A DNA stretch of 64,000 nt from Fibrobacterota bacterium (lineage in GTDB: Bacteria; Fibrobacterota; Fibrobacteria; UBA5070). Location: assembly GCA_029557215.1 (NCBI GenBank), contig JAKPQQ010000309.1, forward strand, positions 55,927 through 119,926, given 5' to 3'. Positions 17,090-24,158 of this stretch are shown here, one piece after another. A program made the position numbers and the translations under genes. The notes beneath the pieces are model-generated. The model did no database searches. It was given only the letters and a program-made list of their open reading frames with translations, and was not told where the DNA came from. Position 1 is the stretch's first letter; every line of letters begins with the position of its first letter.

Positions 17090-20000
17090 ATGCGTAAAAC
17101 CACTTCCTTGGCCGCGATGGCGGCCCTGGTGGGGCTCGGGTTGAGCGGCTGCTTGCAGCCCATCCCGAACCAGTCGGCCGATCTGAATGCCGGCAAAGGT
17201 GTCGCTGGCAAGGTTTCCGGAGTTTCCGACAAATCCTACCCCGTCTACACCTTCTACGACGAAGACTTCCAGCAGGGCGGATTCACGTTCGTCTATGGCG
17301 GATCCACCAAGATGACGCAGCAGGAAGGTGCCGGTGCCGAAGGCTCCGAATACTTCCTGAAAGCCAATCTGGACGTTCGTGACTATTCCGGCGTGGCCGT
17401 CTGCCTCTGGAACATGCAGTTCGACCTGACCCCGTACCTCGCCAACGGCGCCCTGGTGTTCCAGGCGCGTTCCAAGAACGGCGGCGAAAAGGTCGTCGTC
17501 GGTCTGGGCGACGACGAAAAATCAGACGGCTGGAAGGCGGTGGTGCGCAAGCCCCTGGAAGCCTACGGCACCCTCAAGGCGGGCGAGTGGACCACCTTCG
17601 TGATCCCTCTGCGCGACTTCGGCAAGCGTGGCGTGGCGTGGGACGCATCCAAGGGGATCGAACTCCCGATGCCGTTCCAGTGGGACAATGTGCAGGAATT
17701 CCGTCTGCTCACGAACAAGGGCGAAAACCCCGAAGTCGAAGTCGAATTGGACAACATCCAGATCTACGCCGACGCGGTGGGTGAAAGCTCCGAAGCGCCG
17801 ACCGACGACTGGCTCGATCTCGACAAGAACTCCGACGGTCCGACCCCCGAGCAGATGAAGCTCGACGACGAGATCGCCGCGACGTTCTTCGAGAACGACT
17901 ACCCGCAGGGTGGGTTCGCCTACGGCTACGGTGGCAAGACGGTCCAGCGGATCCTGGAGTGCACCACTCCGGGGAACACCGGCGTCTGGGCCAACTATTT
18001 CGACAACGACTGGTCGGGATTGAATCTGTCGGTGGGAGCCGACAAGTACGTGGACGTCACGCCGTTCCGCAAGACCGGCAGCCTCACGTTCTGGATCAAG
18101 GCCGGTCCCAACGCCAAGAAGTTCATGGTCGGCCTGATGGACAACCAGGGCAACGACAAGAAGGTCCAGACCAAGGTCATGGCCGATGGCTACGCCGTCC
18201 TCAAGGAAGGCGAATGGGTCCAGGTGCGCGTGCCCCTCAAGGCGTTCATCGACGATGGCGTTTATTGGGATGCCAAGGCCGCCCGCGAAATCTCGAGCAA
18301 GATGGACTGGTCCAAGATCCAGGAAATCCGCATCTCGATCGGCAAGGACGAAAACAAGCCCGGTGCCGGCAAGCCGGTGATCTTCTACTTGGACCAGATC
18401 CAGCTGACCAAGACGTCCAACGGGATCTTCGATCCGGACGCCTATTGGGACGCGTTCAAGTCCGACGCACCCGACATGCTCGTCACCGACTTCACCAAGT
18501 GGGGCGACAAGTGGGAAACCGGTCACGGATCGTCGGCCGACATCTCGGCGTCGATCGTACCGCTGCCCAAGGGTGCTCCAGCCTTCGTGAAGGGGCAGGC
18601 GCTCAAGATCGACTTCAAGCCGGGCGACTGGTACGATGCGTTCATCAAGATGGAGAACGCGCCTGGAATCCAGGCTGATTGGAGCAAGCACTACGCGGTG
18701 AGCTTCTGGCTCTATACGGAAAAGCCGTACCAGTCCTTGGACTTCACGATCCAGGACAAGGGCAAGGAAATGTTCCTGACCAAGGTCGGCGACGCTCGCG
18801 GTTGGCACCAGGTCCTGGTTCCGTTCCGCAACATCACCAAGTTCCCGTACTACCAGCCGCCCGATGCCGTGCAGAACAACCTGCTCGATCTGGACGGCAT
18901 CTTCCAGTTCGGCCTCAAGCCGGGCGGTGAAGTTCCCGGCACGTTCTACATGGCCAACATCCAGCTCACGAACCTGCGCCAGATCCAGAAGGTCAAGGGG
19001 CCGGCCAGCCTGCCCGCGATCTTCAAGGGCAATGCGGCCAAGACCATCCAGAAGGTTCCTGACATCTACGGCATCAACGTGGGTCTCTGGGCGCCCGAAC
19101 TGATGGACGACGCTTCCGTGGAGCTCCAGAAGCCCATGAACCTGGGTGTCGTGCGTTATCCCGGCGGTCTTCGTTCCGACGAAGAAGACTGGGAGAAGAC
19201 GCTGCGCGACAAGGACTTCCATGTCGACACCGACGAGTTCCTGGATTGGTGCGACAAGGTCAATTGCAAGCCCATGTTCACCGCCAACATCGGCGACGGC
19301 TCGCCCGAGCGCGCCGCCCGGTGGGTGGAATACGTGAACAAGAAGCGCTCCGGCCCGCGTGTCCAGTACTGGGAGCTCGGCAACGAGGTCTACGGCAACT
19401 GGCACAAGTACTACGAGCAGTGGGGCAAGGACGGCGGCGCCGCCTACGCCAAGATGTGCCGCAAGTACATCGAGGCCATGAAAGCCGTGGATCCCGACAT
19501 CAAGATCACCGTGGTCTGGATGCTGGGCGGCAACTGGAACAAGACCACGTTCGAAGAACTGGCCGACATCGTGGATGGCGTGAACGTCCACCACTATGCG
19601 CAGGCCACCGGCTCGGAAAGCGATCAGGGATTGCTCGCGGTGTCGCAGGAATCCGATGTCCTGATGAAGGACGTTCGCCACCAGGTCGACCAGTACGGCG
19701 TGAAGGGCAAGAAGTACGAGATCTGGCTCACGGAGTGGAACTCGGTCGACTTCAACCCCGGTCCGCAGATCCTGCAGCACGTGAACGCCTTGTTCGTCGC
19801 CGACTACCTGGGCCACCTGGCCGAAGCGCCGATCGAGATCGCCAACCTGTGGGCCCTGTACAACGGCCGCGACAAGCGCATGGGCGACTACGGCGTGCTG
19901 GCGGCTTCGTCCGACCCGCAGGGCCTGAACGCCCGTCGTCCCACCTACTGGGCGATGCGCCTGATGGCCACGGCGCTCAACGGCACCTTGCTGGAAGGCA

Positions 20001-20299
20001 AGAGCGACCAGGAGCCTCTGCAGTCCTGGATGTCCAAGCGCGCCGACGGGAAGCTCTCGATCGTGTTCGTGAACAAGAACCCGGACACCGAGTACAAGAC
20101 CACGCTCAAGGTGCCCGGACTCAAGGGCGAGGCGATCGTGGAAGTGCTGACGGCGGAGAATTCGGGCGGCCTCAAGTCGAACGAAGCCACCGGCGAAGTC
20201 CACTCGCAGGAAGGCCCCAAGCCGGAGAAGATGTCCCTGAAGGACGGCTCCGTGATCTCGGTGCCCAAGCACTCGATCGTCACGATCCGGTTCCAGTAA
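17090..20299 (+). CDS. surface lipoprotein: three tandem CBM-like beta-sandwich modules plus a clan GH-A (TIM-barrel) glycoside hydrolase
   Basis: Lipobox MRKTTSLAAMAALVGLGLSGC. Three roughly 190-aa internal repeats share D-F/Y-x-x-GGF-x-Y-G-Y/G-GG ... GEW-x-x-V/F-x-I/V-PL-x-x-F ... W-x-x-V/I-QE-x-R (CBM11/CIA30-like by eye). The catalytic part has VVRYPGG, YWELGNEVYGNW (acid/base) and IWLTEWN (nucleophile). The GH family is not assignable by eye (GH51/GH39/GH30-like). Confidence 0.8.
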   Translation: MRKTTSLAAMAALVGLGLSGCLQPIPNQSADLNAGKGVAGKVSGVSDKSYPVYTFYDEDFQQGGFTFVYGGSTKMTQQEGAGAEGSEYFLKANLDVRDYSGVAVCLWNMQFDLTPYLANGALVFQARSKNGGEKVVVGLGDDEKSDGWKAVVRKPLEAYGTLKAGEWTTFVIPLRDFGKRGVAWDASKGIELPMPFQWDNVQEFRLLTNKGENPEVEVELDNIQIYADAVGESSEAPTDDWLDLDKNSDGPTPEQMKLDDEIAATFFENDYPQGGFAYGYGGKTVQRILECTTPGNTGVWANYFDNDWSGLNLSVGADKYVDVTPFRKTGSLTFWIKAGPNAKKFMVGLMDNQGNDKKVQTKVMADGYAVLKEGEWVQVRVPLKAFIDDGVYWDAKAAREISSKMDWSKIQEIRISIGKDENKPGAGKPVIFYLDQIQLTKTSNGIFDPDAYWDAFKSDAPDMLVTDFTKWGDKWETGHGSSADISASIVPLPKGAPAFVKGQALKIDFKPGDWYDAFIKMENAPGIQADWSKHYAVSFWLYTEKPYQSLDFTIQDKGKEMFLTKVGDARGWHQVLVPFRNITKFPYYQPPDAVQNNLLDLDGIFQFGLKPGGEVPGTFYMANIQLTNLRQIQKVKGPASLPAIFKGNAAKTIQKVPDIYGINVGLWAPELMDDASVELQKPMNLGVVRYPGGLRSDEEDWEKTLRDKDFHVDTDEFLDWCDKVNCKPMFTANIGDGSPERAARWVEYVNKKRSGPRVQYWELGNEVYGNWHKYYEQWGKDGGAAYAKMCRKYIEAMKAVDPDIKITVVWMLGGNWNKTTFEELADIVDGVNVHHYAQATGSESDQGLLAVSQESDVLMKDVRHQVDQYGVKGKKYEIWLTEWNSVDFNPGPQILQHVNALFVADYLGHLAEAPIEIANLWALYNGRDKRMGDYGVLAASSDPQGLNARRPTYWAMRLMATALNGTLLEGKSDQEPLQSWMSKRADGKLSIVFVNKNPDTEYKTTLKVPGLKGEAIVEVLTAENSGGLKSNEATGEVHSQEGPKPEKMSLKDGSVISVPKHSIVTIRFQ

Positions 20300-20330
20300 G
20301 TCAATTAACGTCAAATTGACGCAATCTGAC
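20300..20330. promoter_or_regulatory. 31-bp nested dyad symmetry: GTCA-N6-CGTCAA-a-TTGACG-N6-TGAC
   Basis: The sequence gtcaattaacgtcaaattgacgcaatctgac begins immediately after the glycosidase stop. The inner arms CGTCAA/TTGACG (20309-20321) are perfect, and the outer GTCA/TGAC arms are 10 bp further out on each side. Confidence 0.3.
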
Positions 20331-20365
20331 GCCTCGCGGGAGAAACATCCCGCGGGGCGTTTTTG
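20331..20365 (+). terminator. rho-independent terminator of the barrel-barrel-glycosidase operon
   Basis: GCCTCGCGGGA, loop GAAACA, TCCCGCGGGGC (one mismatch), followed by GTTTTT. Confidence 0.65.
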
Positions 20366-20435
20366 CTTGCACCTGCAGGGGCTTAATTGTTACGCTTCGA
20401 AGAGGAGCGCGCAACCGCCCCCACCGGAGGAACGA

Positions 20436-22958
20436 ATGCCAAGGGAAAAGAAGACCGCCGAAAAGACCGCGATCCCCGCCACGAAGGCCCAGGTGCTGGA
20501 AGACGTGGAGGATCTGGTCGGAACCGACGCGGACAGCATCCGCAAGGCCTTCAACTACCATCTGCGACTGTCGCTGGCCCGCGACCGCTACACCGCGACG
20601 GAAAACGACAGGTACTTGTCGCTGGCCTGGGCCGTGCGCGACCGCCTGGTGGAAAACTGGATCTCCACCCAGCAGAGCTACTACAACCAGGACGTCAAGC
20701 GGGTCTACTACTTCTCGCTGGAATTCCTCATGGGCCGCGCCTTGGGCAACTCCACGCTCAACCTGGGGCTGGAGGAATCCGTCAAGGAGGCGCTGGACCA
20801 GCTGGCGCTTTCCTACGAGGACCTTCGCGAGATGGAGCAGGACGCGGGCCTGGGCAACGGCGGTCTGGGACGGCTCGCCGCATGCTTCCTGGATTCGTGC
20901 GCCACCTTGCGCCTGCCCGCCTACGGCTGCGGCATCCGCTACGAGTACGGCATCTTCAAACAGAAGATCGTCGACGGCTACCAGCTGGAAGAACCAGACA
21001 ACTGGCTGTACCTGTCCAATCCTTGGGAGATCCCGCGCCCCGAGAACGCCGTTCCCGTGAACTTCTACGGCCGCGTGGAAAGCCGCACCGACCGCAACGG
21101 CCGCCCCGTGTTCCAGTGGGTGGACACCGAGAAGGTGATGGCGCTTCCGTTCGACACGCCGGTCCCCGGTTACAAGAACGGCGTGGTGAACAACCTGCGC
21201 CTGTGGTCGGCCAAGAGCACCAACGATTTCGATCTCCAGTTCTTCAACGACGGCGACTACGTGCGCGCCTCGATCGCCAAGAACGATTCCGAGACGATCT
21301 CCAAGGTTCTGTACCCCAACGACAGCGTGACGGCCGGACAGGAACTGCGCCTCAAGCAGCAGTATTTCTTCTGCGCGGCGGGCATCCACGACGTGATCCG
21401 TAGGCACCTCAAGCACAACGCGTCCTTGAAGAACCTGGCCGACAAGGCCGTGGTGCAGCTCAACGACACGCACCCCACCGTCGCGATCCCCGAACTCATG
21501 CGCATCCTGCTGGACGACCACGGGTTCGGCTGGGACGAGGCCTGGGCGATCACGACCAAGATCTTCGCCTACACCAACCACACGCTGCTTCCCGAAGCGC
21601 TGGAGAAGTGGCCCGTGGAGCTGTTCGGCAAGCTCCTGCCGCGGCACCTGCAGATCATCTACGAGATCAACTTCAGGTTCCTGCGCCAGGTGGCGTTCCG
21701 CTACCCCGGCGACACCGAGAAGCTGCGGCGCATGAGCATCATCGACGAGGACGGCGTGCGCAAGATCCGCATGGCGCACCTGTGCGTGGTGGGTTCTCAC
21801 AGCGTCAACGGCGTGGCCGCGCTGCACTCCGAGCTGCTCAAGAAGCACGTGCTGCACGAGTTCTACGAATTCTTCCCGACCAAGTTCAACAACAAGACCA
21901 ACGGCATCACCCCGCGCCGCTGGCTGCTCAAGTGCAACGCGGCCGCTTCGAACCTGATCTCCGAGAAGATCGGCGAGGAGTGGCACACCGATCTTTCCAA
22001 GCTCAAGAAGCTCGAGAAGTTCGCGACCGACAAGGAGTTCCAGAAGGCCTGGCGTGCCACCAAGCGCGCGGCCAAGGAAAAGCTCGCCGAATACGTGCTC
22101 AAGGAGCACGGGGTGCGCCTGAACTGCGACGCCTTGTTCGACGTGCAGATCAAGCGTCTGCACGAATACAAGCGCCAGCTCCTGAACCTGCTGCACGTGA
22201 TCCACCTCTACCAGAAGATCAAGGCCAACCCCAAGGGGGATTACACCCCCCGCGTGGTGCTGTTCGGCGCCAAGGCGGCTCCCGGCTACGCGCAGGCCAA
22301 GCTCATCATCAAGCTCATCAACTCGGTGGCGACGGTGGTGAACAACGACCCCGACGTGGGCGACAGGCTCAAGGTCCTGTTCCTGGCCAACTACCGCGTG
22401 AGCCTTGCCGAAAAGATCATTCCCGCCGCCGACCTGTCGGAACAGATTTCGACCGCGGGTCTGGAGGCGTCGGGCACCGGCAACATGAAGCTGTCGCTCA
22501 ACGGCGCGCTCACCATCGGCACCTGGGACGGGGCGAACATCGAGATCGCCGAAGAAGTGGGCGAAGAGAACTGCATCATGTTCGGACTCAAGACCGAAGA
22601 GGTGCATGCGCTCCAGGCCAAGGGTTACAAGCCCAACGACTTCATCGAAGCCGATGCCGATCTCAAGAGCGTGATCGAGCTGATCGAAAGCGGATTCTTC
22701 GCTCCCGAAAAGCACGACCTGTTCAAGCCGATCACCGACCATCTGCGCCACAAGGACACCTACCTGCTGTGCGCCGACTTCGCCGAATACATCCGCGCCC
22801 AGAACGAGGCGGCCGCGGGGTACAAGAAGGAAGCCGAATGGACGAAGCGTTCGATTTTGAACACGGCCCGCATGGGCAAGTTCAGCTCCGACCGCACGAT
22901 CCAGCAGTACGCCGACGAAATCTGGGGCGTGAAGCCGGTGGGCCGCAAGGCGGGATAG
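20436..22958 (+). CDS. glgP: glycogen/alpha-glucan phosphorylase (GT35)
   Basis: ATG at 20436 after GGAGG. Full-length similarity to GlgP/MalP, including LGNGGLGRLAACFLDS and the PLP-lysine region EASGTGNMKLSLNGALTIGTWDGANIEI. 840 aa. Confidence 0.92.
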   Translation: MPREKKTAEKTAIPATKAQVLEDVEDLVGTDADSIRKAFNYHLRLSLARDRYTATENDRYLSLAWAVRDRLVENWISTQQSYYNQDVKRVYYFSLEFLMGRALGNSTLNLGLEESVKEALDQLALSYEDLREMEQDAGLGNGGLGRLAACFLDSCATLRLPAYGCGIRYEYGIFKQKIVDGYQLEEPDNWLYLSNPWEIPRPENAVPVNFYGRVESRTDRNGRPVFQWVDTEKVMALPFDTPVPGYKNGVVNNLRLWSAKSTNDFDLQFFNDGDYVRASIAKNDSETISKVLYPNDSVTAGQELRLKQQYFFCAAGIHDVIRRHLKHNASLKNLADKAVVQLNDTHPTVAIPELMRILLDDHGFGWDEAWAITTKIFAYTNHTLLPEALEKWPVELFGKLLPRHLQIIYEINFRFLRQVAFRYPGDTEKLRRMSIIDEDGVRKIRMAHLCVVGSHSVNGVAALHSELLKKHVLHEFYEFFPTKFNNKTNGITPRRWLLKCNAAASNLISEKIGEEWHTDLSKLKKLEKFATDKEFQKAWRATKRAAKEKLAEYVLKEHGVRLNCDALFDVQIKRLHEYKRQLLNLLHVIHLYQKIKANPKGDYTPRVVLFGAKAAPGYAQAKLIIKLINSVATVVNNDPDVGDRLKVLFLANYRVSLAEKIIPAADLSEQISTAGLEASGTGNMKLSLNGALTIGTWDGANIEIAEEVGEENCIMFGLKTEEVHALQAKGYKPNDFIEADADLKSVIELIESGFFAPEKHDLFKPITDHLRHKDTYLLCADFAEYIRAQNEAAAGYKKEAEWTKRSILNTARMGKFSSDRTIQQYADEIWGVKPVGRKAG

Positions 22959-22999
22959 CCCGGAAATCGACCGCCCGCGCAAGCGGGCGACGACATGTG

Positions 23000-23036
23000 A
23001 ACGCCCGGTTCCGGCAAGGACCGGGCGTTTTGTTTT
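23000..23036 (+). terminator. rho-independent terminator of glgP
   Basis: AACGCCCGG (23000-23008) pairs with CCGGGCGTT (23021-23029), followed by TTTGTTTT. Confidence 0.75.
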
Positions 23037-23117
23037 GGGCGGATGGATGTACGGGCCGGATACGGGGAAAGGGAGCCTGAACTGTTCGTGTCTCTCCTGG
23101 CCGCATCCAGGGAAGTC

Positions 23118-23164
23118 AAAAACCATGAAATTTCGGAGTCGTCCTCCGAGATTTCATGGTTTTT
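23118..23164. terminator. long perfect-stem hairpin, probable bidirectional terminator
   Basis: AAAAACCATGAAATTTCGGAG (23118-23138), loop TCGTC, CTCCGAGATTTCATGGTTTTT (23144-23164). That is 21 bp with one G-T pair. The A5/T5 ends give a U-tract on either strand. It lies 19 nt beyond the stop of the minus-strand 23183 gene. Confidence 0.55.
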
Positions 23165-23182
23165 CGAGGGTGGTCGCACCCG

Positions 23183-24055
23183 CTATGGTGCGCATCCTTG
23201 CGGGTCGAACTCGATTCTCCGGTCGCCGTCCATGGCGGGATCAACGATCCGCGCGCCCACCGCGCGGGCGCGGGCCAGGGCGGCGGCGGTCGGGTGGCCG
23301 TAGTCGTTGTCCAGGCCGTATTGCACGATCGCCTGGCGCGGAGCGGCCTTGCCCAAGAATCGCAGGTGTCCGCTGGTGCGGCTGCCATGGTGGCCCAGTT
23401 GCAGGACCTCCACGGGGTCGACAAATTCCGTTGCGGCGAGTTCGCCCAGCGTGTCCAGGTCGCCCGACACGAGCAGGAGCCCGCGTTCGCCCTGGCTCGC
23501 GCGCAGCACGAGGGAGCCGTCGTTGTCGTCTCCGAAGGTGCGCCCGGAATCCGGCCAGAACGCGTCGATGCGGATGGATCCGGAGTGCGTGCGCGACCGG
23601 CCATGCCAGATCGTGTCGCATCCGGACATGGTGCGGCGGCAGGCCCAGGCGATGGTCTGCGCGCGGCGGGCGGAATCCAGCGGTCCGTGGACCAATCGCT
23701 GCACGGGGAAGGTGGCGAACAGCGAATCGAATCCGCCCCGGTGGTCCAGATCGGGATGGGTGAGGTAGATCGCCTCGATGGAATCCACCCCCGCCCGTCG
23801 GAGCGATCTGGCGAGCGCGCCTTGCGCTGGAGGTCCCGCGTCGAACACGACGGCCTTGCGCGCCACCACCAAGGCGATGCCGTGGCCTTGGCCCACGTAC
23901 GGAACGAGCAGGGTCGCGCCGGGGAACCTGCAGTCGGGAGGCGAAGTGGATGTGCAGGCGGAAAGGGCGATCCAGAGGAACGCAAGGCACCAGCCGAGAC
24001 GCCTGGGTCGGGGACGGGTGTGCGGCGATTTCGGTTTCCGAGTGAAGGCCATCAT
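23183..24055 (-). CDS. exported metallo-beta-lactamase-fold lipoprotein of the ComEC/Rec2 C-terminal-domain type
   Basis: Lipobox ...WCLAFLWIALSAC. MBL motifs YLTHPDLDHRGG, LLLVSGDL and VLQLGHHGSRTS, plus GLDNDYGHP, as in the ComEC C-terminal domain. There is no ComEC membrane channel domain. Confidence 0.75.
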   Translation of the reverse strand: MMAFTRKPKSPHTRPRPRRLGWCLAFLWIALSACTSTSPPDCRFPGATLLVPYVGQGHGIALVVARKAVVFDAGPPAQGALARSLRRAGVDSIEAIYLTHPDLDHRGGFDSLFATFPVQRLVHGPLDSARRAQTIAWACRRTMSGCDTIWHGRSRTHSGSIRIDAFWPDSGRTFGDDNDGSLVLRASQGERGLLLVSGDLDTLGELAATEFVDPVEVLQLGHHGSRTSGHLRFLGKAAPRQAIVQYGLDNDYGHPTAAALARARAVGARIVDPAMDGDRRIEFDPQGCAP

Positions 24056-24158
24056 GACGCTTCGCCCATTGTCCCATAGCGCCGCGGCCCGTGGATCGCG
24101 ATCGCGTCCGCGGGTGACTTGTTGCGGAGCGGTCTTCGGGTATGGTAGACCTTAGGAC

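Noticed and set aside
17522-23126. Two long minus-strand ORFs (17522-20314, 930 aa; 20301-23126, 941 aa)
   Set aside because: They are antisense shadows of the glycosidase and glgP genes. They are rich in Val/Gly/Arg/Asp/His with no recognisable motifs.
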